NCBI GenBank assembly: GCA_020184695.1
Contig: JAANOX010000271.1
Coordinates: 248,001-312,000, forward strand
Direction of reading: 5' to 3'
From: Histomonas meleagridis 2922-C6/04-290x
Taxonomy: Eukaryota > Protista > Parabasalia
Length of the DNA stretch: 64,000 nucleotides
The position numbers were made by a program, and so were the translations under genes. Under the pieces are notes generated by a model that had not been told where the DNA came from, did no database searches, and saw only the letters and a program-made list of their open reading frames with translations. Positions 12,537-23,900 of the stretch are shown in pieces. The number at the start of each line of letters is the position of its first letter. Position 1 is the first letter of the stretch.

Positions 12537-13670
12537 ATGAAGCAAACACCATCAGAAGAAAAAATCGGAAATTATAAATTTACAAGACAACAAAAACAAA
12601 ACCCTTACGGCCTTTTTGAATATTATGTTGCCCGTTCTTCAGGGAATCAATTATATACAGCATATCGATTTGATAGAAGAGGTATAGAAGGAAGTCCAAA
12701 CTTTAAAGAGATGGAAAACGAAATAGAGACAATAGGCTCAGTTTATCATCAATCAATTCAAAGCTACATTGACACAGTAATTCGCGATGATGATCTATTT
12801 CTTGTTCTTGAACTCGAAGCTAATCCATTTTTTTCAATCTTTGATACACAAAACACAGCACTTGATGAAGAACATGCGCGTCATATTTTTGGTGAACTCA
12901 TGGAAGCAGTTTCATATCTTCATTCAAATGGAATTGCGCATGGTGACATCAATCCAAATTCTATATTTTTTAACACACAGCGCAATCTCAAGCTCGGCTA
13001 CTTTTTCCGTAGCACACGCAATGAAGATGCCTCAGATTATTATGGCACTTTAAATTATCAACCACCGGAGGCATGTGATGGTGGCTCTTACGATGCTAAA
13101 AAAGCAGACATATGGGCTTGTGGTGTACTTATTTATACATGTCTTGCATATGAAATGCCTTTTCAAGGCCTTGATATTGACAACCTTAAACACTCAATTT
13201 TCGACAGGCCGCTCGATTACCCAACATTTTTCCCTACAGATCTTGTTGAGCTCCTCAAGAAAATGCTCGCCATCGACCCCGACGATCGTCTAACGGCCGC
13301 TGAAGTATTGAAATCGCCTTGGCTTTCAAACCGCAAAAGGGAGAGCTATCGTCGCGGGTACCCCAAATTCAACAACACTAGTGTTGGCCAACATTATGCA
13401 ACAAAGATTCAGGTACGTACTTCATACAAAAAGACTAAGGCAAAGGCTATAATAAAGCAGTATTTTGCTAACTTTAAGGGAACTGTACAAGGTGGTGAAA
13501 CATTGAACATTCTAATTCATGAACCTCATTTAACTGGGCTTAAAATTACTTTTCAAAGCCAAGCTCAAGATCTCATTATAATTATAACTCGTCTCAGGGC
13601 TGACAGTGATGAATTTTTTGATACACTAATCCAAAATCTGTTACCTTTACTGGACCCAAAAATTGACTAA
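12537..13670 (+). CDS. CAMK-group protein kinase-like protein, probably a pseudokinase
   Basis: Kinase fold motifs HGDINPNS, YGTLNYQPPE and ADIWACGV are present; DFG is replaced by GYF and the beta3 Lys is absent. Confidence 0.8.
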   Translation: MKQTPSEEKIGNYKFTRQQKQNPYGLFEYYVARSSGNQLYTAYRFDRRGIEGSPNFKEMENEIETIGSVYHQSIQSYIDTVIRDDDLFLVLELEANPFFSIFDTQNTALDEEHARHIFGELMEAVSYLHSNGIAHGDINPNSIFFNTQRNLKLGYFFRSTRNEDASDYYGTLNYQPPEACDGGSYDAKKADIWACGVLIYTCLAYEMPFQGLDIDNLKHSIFDRPLDYPTFFPTDLVELLKKMLAIDPDDRLTAAEVLKSPWLSNRKRESYRRGYPKFNNTSVGQHYATKIQVRTSYKKTKAKAIIKQYFANFKGTVQGGETLNILIHEPHLTGLKITFQSQAQDLIIIITRLRADSDEFFDTLIQNLLPLLDPKID

Positions 13671-14096
13671 TGACCGGCTGTACTAAGGTGTATTATTTGT
13701 TAAATTTAATTTGTTTTTATGTTTTTTAATGAATTCCATTTTAATAAATTTTGTTTGTTTCAAAACTTCTACACAAGGGGCAAAAGCTTCAACTCAAAGA
13801 GGCTCCCATAATATTTGTATTAATGAAGAAGGAAAAAACCTTTATTATTTAAGATACTATTTGAAATGATTTTTAAAAAATCGTTCAATATTTTAGTATT
13901 CGTTATTCAATATAGCCTATTTAAGTGCGTTTACTTTGCCCTGAATCATTAACTCAATCATCTGAATTTTAGATAAATACATGCAAAAATTTTATAAAGA
14001 TTTAAAGGTGAGGTGAAATTTGGAAGGAATTGAATTCAAATTTATCGCAACATTCAAAATTTATCGTTTAACTATTTCTTCAGATCACATTTATAC

Positions 14097-14588
14097 ATGT
14101 CTCTTGAAGGAAAAAGGATTCTTATTGCCTACTACTCTAAGACAAATGTCACAAAAAACATTGCTGGTTTTATCAAAGAAATCACTGGTGGTGATGAATT
14201 TCGAGTTGAACCTGTAACACCATATCCCCAAGACTATCATCAAACAACACAACAAGCAAAGCAAGAACAGCAAGCTGGTTTCAGACCTGAAATTGTTTCC
14301 AAAGGTGATATCTCAAACTATGATGTAATCTTTTTCGGATCACCATGTTGGTGGGGAACAATCGCATGCCCTATGGAAACGTTCATAACGTCACACGATT
14401 TTCGTGGAAAAACAATTATTCCATTCATTACTCATGGTGGAAGTGGACTTGGAAGAACAGTCGAGGAAATCAAAAAACTCGCACCTGGTGCAAACGTAGT
14501 ATATGGAAAAGCATTTGGTGATCCACAGTGGGTTTCTGGAAGTGGTAAAACGGATGTTGCCAAGTGGATCTCTAGTATCAAGCTTTAA
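14097..14588 (+). CDS. Flavodoxin (Flavodoxin_4-like, bacterial type)
   Basis: IAYYSKTNVT, YDVIFFGSPCWWGT and KTIIPFITHGGSG motifs; no intron. Confidence 0.9.
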   Translation: MSLEGKRILIAYYSKTNVTKNIAGFIKEITGGDEFRVEPVTPYPQDYHQTTQQAKQEQQAGFRPEIVSKGDISNYDVIFFGSPCWWGTIACPMETFITSHDFRGKTIIPFITHGGSGLGRTVEEIKKLAPGANVVYGKAFGDPQWVSGSGKTDVAKWISSIKL

Positions 14589-14650
14589 GTAAACATCTGA
14601 AACGAATTCAATTTTTATGTATCGTTATCCAATTATTTTCCTGAAAGCAA

Positions 14651-16156
14651 ATGCAAAGTAAAAACTATTTGGAAATATTAAAAATTGTTCAACATGCAAT
14701 TTTTAATTTAAACGAAAATAATTTCAAGGAAACAGCGCAAGCTACAGTAACAACCCTTTTCGATAATCATTTTCCATATTCTTTCAAACTTATTATCAGT
14801 CAATTATTATGCGCATCTATTGTTTCTCAAGTGAAGAATTTTAAAATTTATATGAATTTTTTACGAAACATTGAGGAGAATGTGGACAAAATGACTGAGT
14901 TTTTTGTAAAATTTCTTCAATTGAATTTTGGATTGCAAGAATCAAATTACTTTCTCGAGTTCATTATGAAACATAATTACATGGATCCAAAAATTATTGA
15001 ATACAATAATAATCCTTTGTATTTTGCACATCGTCATACAAAAAAAGGTCAAATATTTTATATAGACACAATAGAAGATGATTTTTCAAAAAATTATGAA
15101 GAACTATCAAAGAATGATTGGGAACTTCATAAAAAATTAATTGAAGAAGGGGTCAATCCAAATGAAATCGCAAAAATAATTCGAGATGATGAAGTAGAAA
15201 AACTTCAAGAAATATCATCTCACGCAAATTTCGATTTTAATCAAGCAATTCGACCATCACTTTATGAAAGATATTCAATCACTTACAATTCTTGGACTTC
15301 ACTTGCTGATTATGCAGCATTTTTTGGCTCTATAAAATGTTTTAAGTTTTTGATTATGAATAAAGCAAATATAACCAATGCGTTAAAATATGCAATTGCA
15401 GGAGGAAATATTGAAATCATTCATTTATGTGAACAAGATAATCCATCGTTTAAAGTTGCATGTGAAACATCAATCCAATATCATAGAAATAATATTTTTC
15501 ATTATTTTTATGAAAAGAAAAATATTGAAGTTGAAGATATAATGGAACTAGGGAAATGTTGTGTTTTATATAATAACTATGATATTTTTTCTTTTTTACT
15601 AGAAAATGGAATGAAAATTAATGACGTTATATTTAATGAATCAGTAAAAAATGGAAACATATTTCTTATGAAATATTTCCTGAAAGAAAATCAAATGCCA
15701 AAAAATATTTTGATTTTTGCTTCGGAATCAAACAATGTTGAATTTATAAAATATATTATAGACAATAAAGGAATTGATATTAATCCCAAAAATATTTGTT
15801 TATGTTATTTAATATTATTTATTTGTTATGCTTAGAATTTATTTTAATTCTTTAATATAAAATAATATTTGGAAATTATTTAAATTATTATGGACAGCAC
15901 TTATGAGAGCATCTGAAAAAGGTCACACAGAAATAGTTAAATTGCTTCTTGAACAAGAAGGAATTGATATAAATGCTAAAGATATTTTTTTATTTTATTT
16001 AATATTTATTTTAATAATTTGATATTTCAAAATAATATTTGAAAATTATTAAAATTATTTGCAACAGCACTTATGTGGGCATCTCGAAATGGTCATACAG
16101 AAATAGTTAAATTACTTCTTGAACAAAAAGGATTTGATATTAATGTTTCCATGTAA
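14651..16156 (+). CDS. DUF3447-type ankyrin protein with two spacer-interrupted hairpins (450 aa after removing nine 17-mers)
   Basis: ORF 14651-15835 continues through a 100-nt block (15794-15893) to TALMRASEKGH and an 80-nt block (15984-16063, DNDEAT) to TALMWASRNGH, ending at TAA 16154-16156. 1506 - 9x17 = 1353 nt, a multiple of 3. Confidence 0.8.
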
Positions 16157-16778
16157 CCATATTAATGATTACATAAAATATATTCATCCTAATTAAAGAT
16201 AACTTATTAACATTTTCAAATATATCTTATTAACAAAATATAAATGTTTTTTTTCTTAAATGCAATATAAATTTATAAGATTTTGTTGGGGGGGGGGTCC
16301 ATGTTAAATTTACATTATAACCCATTTTTATTTGAATGCAATGCAGTTCCTTGAAAGTACTTTCAATGCATGGTAATTCTTAATTTGATTATTTCATTGT
16401 CTTGATCAGATAAATTTGAGAACAATTTTATATATATAAAGAATTCCTGTGATTAACACTACGAATGTTACAAAATTAGAAATAGACAAATAGAAAATAA
16501 AATATTTATTTATATATTACAGATTTTGGACAGAAATTGGTACATGTTCGCATCAAAAACTTTATTTTGAATAACATCAAAAGAAATTAAAAGCAAGAGA
16601 ACCTGAAAGAATACGATACATATATTCAGTGAACTGTCAAATTGACTTGTCTTCAGAACAATTGGTCGATACTTCAGCGTTGTTTACATTCAATTTTATG
16701 TTTTACGGATTATTTTTAAGTGCTGTTTTTAATTTTTGAGATAACATTTGTTAATTAATTTATCGAACAAGAATTACT

Positions 16779-16783
16779 TCACT
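16779..16783 (+). promoter_or_regulatory. Initiator-like TCACT upstream of the S8 protease ATG
   Basis: TCACT ends 7 nt before ATG 16791. Confidence 0.45.
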
Positions 16784-16790
16784 GAAGAAA

Positions 16791-19700
16791 ATGTTATCTC
16801 TTTTACTTTATCCATGTTTTGCTACTAATAGCATTAAGCTTTTGACTGCCATGGGAAAGAAAATTACATTTGATTCTAAAAATCAAAAAAGAATTCAATC
16901 AGGTCAAAATGCATGGGTATATGCATATTTTAAGGAAACTTCAAATTTTGATAAAATCAAAGCACATGGAATTAATTTGGATTCAGGTTCTCTTGTGTAT
17001 AAAAATGTTTATAAACTTTATTTGAATTCAGCACAAATTTCTTATCTTAAAAGTGTTGCACTATTAGATATTATCACACCAAAAGACAAGATTTATGATC
17101 GTAATGAAGTTAGTACTGCGAAATATATATATGCACAAGGTTCATTTGAAAATGGTGTACCTATTGATTCAAAACTATTTAAAGTTTTATCCAAAACATC
17201 AAATTCACTTGTGGTTGAAACTGATAAACCCAAAGAAACAGCTAAATATTTATCCCATTTAAGCCAAGTTGAAAATATTGGTAAATTTACATATCCAAAA
17301 TTAGCCAATAATATGGGAGCAGGTTTTACCCAACTAAATACTGATAATGTTACTAAAGATAAATATGAAATCTTAGGAATTCCCCGATATTTAGAAAGTA
17401 AAGGCATTAATGGAAAAGATCAAATAGTAGCTTTATTTGATTCACCAATCGATTATTATCATACATCATTTTATGATAATGAAACTTTATTATTTAATCA
17501 AAATATTTCAAATCATAGAAAATTCACATATTTTTACAATGAATATCAAAATGAGTCAAAATATTATCAAGTAATGACTAAAGAAAATCATGGTACGCAT
17601 GTTGCAGGAACAATTTCAGGTAAAGCGTTTGATGAAAATAGTACAATTAGTTCATATAATGGTGTTGCACCAGAATCAAAATTAATGTATTTAGGGAATA
17701 TTCAAAATACAACGAATATACATCTTTTTAATACTAGTATACTTGATGAAAGATTATATGAAGGAAAAGCAATTTCATTTTCAAATTCATGGGGTTATGA
17801 GGAAGCATTGATATATATGGGAACAGTTACTGGGTCACATATTGATTCTCTTATATATCATAACAAATCAGGACAAAGTTGCCTATTTTTATATGCTGCT
17901 GGTAACGAAGGAGTTACAAATCCATATTATTCTATTAATTATCCTTCAGCAGGTAAAAACGTTCTTTCTATTGCAGCAGCAGAGAGAATTTATGGGTATT
18001 TAAACTTTAATATTTCCATTTTAGCTGATGACAAAAACATTTCATTACATTTCTTGTATGGCCAACCCGATACTTCTATTGTTCAAATTTCAAATAAAAT
18101 TTTTCTTTCAGATGTAAATGATTTTAATGCAACAAAAGGTACGGAAAAATTACTTTATTTTGGTGTAAAAGAATTTGAAAATTATATCAGTATTATGCCA
18201 CAAGTATTACAGCAAATAAAGAAATATACATTACCTGCAATTATATTTGACATAAAAGAAGAATCAGTGAAAAAATTAAGTGATGTTTTAATCACACTTC
18301 AAGCTAATTTCTTATTTACCTATCAAGATAGTGTTTTGCTTAATTATGTTGGTAAAGAAATCAATGTGAATACAACATATGATAAAATAATAGGACTTAA
18401 AGATATTAATAAGGCTGGCTTTTCATCAGTAGGTCCTACATTACGTGGAATTATTAAACCAGATATAATGGCTCCTGGTTCTAATATTTATAGTGCAAAT
18501 TCCTCAGAAACAATTATCAAAAACCATGGTTCGAACCAAACAGATTATCAAGAACATATAACGGTGATGTCAGGTACATCAATGGCAACACCTAATGCTG
18601 CAGGTGCTTCAGCATTAATTTCACAATATTTAACAGATGGTCATTATCTAAATCAAACAGTCGAAATAAATTCATTCTTATTAAGATCATTATTAGTTCT
18701 TTCTGCCTCTAAAAATGATGGAACTTCAACACCTGATTGTTATATTGGACATGGAGCAATTAATATTTCTTCTATTTTACCATTTAACGATTCAGATTTT
18801 GGATTACGTATTTCAAAAATCCATAAAATGGAAATTGGCCAAACACATCACATTGGCTATATTACAGTAACATCACAAACAGCATCTCTTAGAATTGCTT
18901 TATCTTCAGTTGATATACCTCTTAGTTTAGATTCATTTATCCCCATTTATTATGATTTAGATTTAATTGTTAAATCACCAACTGGTAAAATTTATATGGG
19001 TAACAATCATACATATGATACAGAACATTTAACATTAAACGAAAAAGTTATAATTCCTAAATCAGAAATTGAGGTCGGAAAATATGAGATACATGTAGTT
19101 ACAAATCTTAATATTAAAGATGATAAGGTACGTTATGTTATAACTGCAGTTGGACCATTTGAACAAGATAATATTACAGCAAATCCAATTTATATTGAAT
19201 TAAACACTACAGAAGAATGTGTTTCAACTCATGTAGATAATAGTGTTAGATGTGAACTTGGAAGATTTGTCTGTTCTGAATCTTACACAGGTCAATTATG
19301 TAAACAATATATACAAAATTTGGAGTCATTTGATAATCATACCATAATTACAGTTCCACCAAATGAAATTCGATATTTCAAATTCTCACATATTGATGAT
19401 TATGATAAAATGATTATTGTAACAATTGCATTAAATGGTTGGAATAATATTTCAATGATTTGGAATATGGGTTCACCAGAAAATTATATTCCAGCATTAG
19501 CAAATTATAATCAATATATTCCACAGATTAATTATCCAATGTTTGGTCAAGTTTCCCCATTCTCTTATTATCAATTTGCATATAATAAAACTTATCCAAT
19601 AGTTCTTTCTGAAGAAGATCAATATTTCATGATTATAAACAATTTTGCAATGCAAACTGATTTCTTAATATACTTAGTTAATGAACCTTATGATGGACCA

Positions 19701-20558
19701 CTTTGTTTCTGTGATCATAGCAAATGTTCTAATTCAAGAATATGTCAAAAGCAAAACACTTACAATAACATTAACAAATTATTTGGATTAGTACCTTATG
19801 TTAATAAGACGATTACTTATATTGATATGGATGTAAGAATTCCAGCAATATTTTTATCATTTACCAATTTATCTTTACACTCACTTAATGGTCAAAAACA
19901 TACTGTCGAGTTACTCAATATTTCTGATTCTCGCTTTTTCCAATCTAAAATGAAACTAACAGCGAAAGATTTAACTTTAATACTTGGTGCAGGAGAAGCA
20001 GAAACTATTAAATTCGAATATTTGAATCTTACAAACGTTAATTTAATTATGAATGATTATTCTTTGGATGTTGATAAATTAGTTATTGATTTTGAATTTT
20101 ATAGCGAAAAAATTAACACAAATCGTTTAACATTACTTGATTACATTAAAGTTTCAACAATGGAAATATATAATCATGAAATTTTACTAAAAACTTCCTC
20201 TGGTAATTCTAAAAAAGTTAAGTTATTAGTTGGCACGCAATTTGTTTTACAAACAAGTCGTCCACAAGAATCTATTTTAACTGTTGTTAAAGGACAAAAA
20301 GGTGATTTACAATTACCTAATGGTGTTAATATTACAATTATCACAACTAACTCTGATGGAAGTAATATTATAGTTGATGATAGCCTTAAAGATGTAATTA
20401 ATATTGATAATGAAAGTATTTCTTATAAACACTTTGGATTGAGTAATGCTGCTTTGATAGGAATTATTGTTGGTTGTGTTGCATTTGTCATAATCGTTAT
20501 TGCTATTATAATTATAGTGATACATAATAAAAAGAAAAACTTGATAGCTACAAGTTGA
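16791..20558 (+). CDS. Membrane-anchored subtilisin-like serine protease (clan SB, family S8)
   Basis: Catalytic motifs VALFDSPID, HGTHVAGT, AAGNEG and GTSMATP; N-terminal signal-like segment, Cys-rich EGF-like stretch and C-terminal TM helix (LIGIIVGCVAFVIIVIAIIIIVI). Confidence 0.92.
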   Translation: MLSLLLYPCFATNSIKLLTAMGKKITFDSKNQKRIQSGQNAWVYAYFKETSNFDKIKAHGINLDSGSLVYKNVYKLYLNSAQISYLKSVALLDIITPKDKIYDRNEVSTAKYIYAQGSFENGVPIDSKLFKVLSKTSNSLVVETDKPKETAKYLSHLSQVENIGKFTYPKLANNMGAGFTQLNTDNVTKDKYEILGIPRYLESKGINGKDQIVALFDSPIDYYHTSFYDNETLLFNQNISNHRKFTYFYNEYQNESKYYQVMTKENHGTHVAGTISGKAFDENSTISSYNGVAPESKLMYLGNIQNTTNIHLFNTSILDERLYEGKAISFSNSWGYEEALIYMGTVTGSHIDSLIYHNKSGQSCLFLYAAGNEGVTNPYYSINYPSAGKNVLSIAAAERIYGYLNFNISILADDKNISLHFLYGQPDTSIVQISNKIFLSDVNDFNATKGTEKLLYFGVKEFENYISIMPQVLQQIKKYTLPAIIFDIKEESVKKLSDVLITLQANFLFTYQDSVLLNYVGKEINVNTTYDKIIGLKDINKAGFSSVGPTLRGIIKPDIMAPGSNIYSANSSETIIKNHGSNQTDYQEHITVMSGTSMATPNAAGASALISQYLTDGHYLNQTVEINSFLLRSLLVLSASKNDGTSTPDCYIGHGAINISSILPFNDSDFGLRISKIHKMEIGQTHHIGYITVTSQTASLRIALSSVDIPLSLDSFIPIYYDLDLIVKSPTGKIYMGNNHTYDTEHLTLNEKVIIPKSEIEVGKYEIHVVTNLNIKDDKVRYVITAVGPFEQDNITANPIYIELNTTEECVSTHVDNSVRCELGRFVCSESYTGQLCKQYIQNLESFDNHTIITVPPNEIRYFKFSHIDDYDKMIIVTIALNGWNNISMIWNMGSPENYIPALANYNQYIPQINYPMFGQVSPFSYYQFAYNKTYPIVLSEEDQYFMIINNFAMQTDFLIYLVNEPYDGPLCFCDHSKCSNSRICQKQNTYNNINKLFGLVPYVNKTITYIDMDVRIPAIFLSFTNLSLHSLNGQKHTVELLNISDSRFFQSKMKLTAKDLTLILGAGEAETIKFEYLNLTNVNLIMNDYSLDVDKLVIDFEFYSEKINTNRLTLLDYIKVSTMEIYNHEILLKTSSGNSKKVKLLVGTQFVLQTSRPQESILTVVKGQKGDLQLPNGVNITIITTNSDGSNIIVDDSLKDVINIDNESISYKHFGLSNAALIGIIVGCVAFVIIVIAIIIIVIHNKKKNLIATS

Positions 20559-20911
20559 AATAAATACCACATTTTACTTAAAAATATTTTTATACTTGAA
20601 CTGTTTAACTGTCATTTGGTTATTACATAATACTATGATGCATATCACAGAATCACATAAATTATGTAAAGTTTTAATCTTAATTAAAGTGCAAATGAAT
20701 CTTAAAATCATTTACTAAATATTGCATTTACTATAGAAACTCAATATTTAATCCATAAATCAACAATTAAACGTATATTTTTCAAAACCTTTTTCTTCTA
20801 TCTTTTTACGAATCAGAACAATAAACAGGTCATCATAAAAATTATTAATTTTTATGAATGAAAAATAAAAATTATTGCTTTTTTGTTTATTAAAGTGTGG
20901 AATCACTTTTT

Positions 20912-23900
20912 TTAAATTGCTTCACATTTATCATGAATTAAATTGGCAATTTCCATGTGACCTTTTTTAGTAGCATATATAAGTGCATTCCAATTTATTT
21001 TAAATAATTTCCAAATATTATTTTGATTTTTTTTTTTTATAATAATAAATTTTTTTAATATGAACAATTAACAGCACATTTAGCATCAATATCAATTCCT
21101 TCTTGTTCAAGAAGTAATTTGGCTATTTCTATGCGATTATATGCAGCTGCACAAATGAGTGCTGTTCGAAATATTTAAAATAATTTCCAAATAACACTTT
21201 GAAATTTTAAAATACTAAAATAAACTTTTTTAGATGCTATAATAAGTATTGTTTGAAAAAATTTCAATAAATTCCAAATATTATTTTGAAATTTTAAGTA
21301 ATTAAAACAAATATTAAATAAAACATAAAAATATTTTTAGCATTAACATCAATTCCTTCTTGTTCAAGAAGTAATTGTACTACTTTTATGCATCTATTTA
21401 AAGCAGACAAAATAAGTGCTGTTTCATATATTATAAATAATTTCCATTAAATAAATCAAATAAATATTAAGTAAAGAAAACAAATATTTTTGATATTGAT
21501 ATCAATTTCTTCCTTATCAAGAAGTAATTTAACTATATCAATATAATCGTGTTTAGCTACGATATGAAGTGCTGTTTCAAGTTATTATAATAAACACCAC
21601 ATCATTGATATAAATATTAAGTAAATTATATAAATCTTAAACAATAAATTTTGCTAAATCATATATATAAACAACAGATTATTAAAATAAATATCAAATA
21701 ATTAAAATAAATAGTTTTTATATTAACATCAATACCTTCTTGTTCAAGAAGTAATTTGACAATTTCTATGTTATCATTCTCAACAGCAATATGTAATGGC
21801 GCTAAAAATTATTAAAATCGATTCGAAATTCTTGCAATAAATATAAAACAATTAAAACAAATATAAAATTTTGAAAACAAAGTTTAAAACAAATAATTAA
21901 ATTTCAAGTTATTAAAATGAATATAAAATTGTTAAAACAAATGTCAAATGATTCGAATAAATACCAAATTACTTAAGTAAACTTTAAATTTACTATATTA
22001 ACTTTAAATAGTTAATATGAATATCAAAACATTCAATCAAACTTTAAATGAATAAAATGAATTCTAAACACTGAAAATAAATACCAAATCATTGGAATAA
22101 ACATAAAATTATTAAAATGAATGTCAAATATTTAAAAGAAATACCTTTTTCGTTAACATCAATTCCTTCATGTTCTAAAAGTAATTTGGCAATTTCTATG
22201 TTATCATATTTAACTGCTAAATGAAATGGTGATTGAAATTAATAAAATAATTCCCAAATAATGAAAATAATTTCCAAATATGGTAAAGAAATATAAAATT
22301 CAAATAATAAATTTCAAATCACTAAAACAAACTTTAAATTGTTAAAACAATTTTCAAATCATAAATATAAACAAAAAATTATGAATACAAATTTTAAAAT
22401 ATGCAAATAAAATCTAAATCATTATGTTAAACATGAAAATATTAATATAAATTTCCAATTGTTTAAAGAAATTTTAAATTATGTTTTAAATAAATATCAA
22501 ACTAGTAAAATAAAAATTCATTGCATTAATATTAATATTGTTTTGTGCTAAAAGTAATTTCACGATTTCAATGTTATTATTTTTAACTGCAATGTGAAGA
22601 GGTGTTTTAAATATATTAAATAAACTCCAAATCATTCGAATAAATTTCAAACTTGTTTAATAAATATAAAATTATTTAAGCAAACTATAAATACTTAAAA
22701 TAAATTGAAAATTATTAAAACATATTTTAAATACAAAAAACATATATAAAATAGTGAAAACAAACTTTAAAAATATTAAATAAATTACAAATTAACAAAA
22801 TAAAGTTTGAAACTTCAATTTAAATATTAAATTTTTAAAACAAACTTCAAACTGTTAACACAAATATCAAATGATTAAAATAAATTTCGAATAATTTAAA
22901 CAAACATAAAATAATGACAACAAACACCAAATTAACAAGATAAACATAAAATTATTTAAATAAATTTCAAATTATCCAAATAAATCGGAAATTATTAGAA
23001 TAAATTTCAAATCACTAAAATAAATAAGAAATTCTTAAAACAAATCCAAAATCTTTCAAATAAATTTCAAGTTAATAAAATAAATTATAAATTACTAAAA
23101 CAAATCCAAAATCTTCCAAATAAATTTTAAGTTATTAAGTTGAACCATAAATTATTAATACAAACAATATTATATTAAAACAAATTTTAAATTATTGGAA
23201 TATATATAAAATTAAATATAGAAATTGTTTTTGCATTAATATTAATTTCTTCATGCTCTAAAAGTAATTTGACTATTTCTATATTATTGTTCTTAACTGC
23301 TAAATGTAGTGGTGTTTCAAATTAAGAAAACAAATTCCAAATGATCAAAATGGATATAAAATCAATAAAACAAACATAAAATCATCCAAACAAACTTTAA
23401 ATTATTAAAACAAATACAAAAACATTCAAATAAATCATGAATTATAAAAACAAACATAAAATTATTTAAACAAATTATAAACAACAAAAACAAATATAAA
23501 ATTTTCAAAATAAATATCAACACATATAAACAAACACTAAAACATTAAAACAAACCTCAAATCATCAAAATAAATTATAAATTAGTATAACAAACTAGAA
23601 ATCAAAGAAATAAAAATCAAATACAAAAAATAAATCCAAAATTATCTTAAAAAATATCATATTACTTAAATAAACATCATATTTACAAAATAAATATCAA
23701 ACAATATAAATGAAAATTAAACTATATAAATAAACATCAAACAATCAATAAAAATATCAGTTTTTGCATTAACATCAATATCTTTATGTTCTAAAAGTAA
23801 TTTAACTAATTCAATATCATTGTTTTTAGCTGCTAAATGTAGTGGTGTTTCAAATAATGAAAATAAATACTATATACTGAGAAGAAATATAAAATAATTA

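Noticed and set aside
15794-15835. Hydrophobic C-terminal tails as membrane anchors
   Set aside because: They are only ~5-15 residues long and are the expected F/L/I/Y output of T-rich spacer DNA read through.
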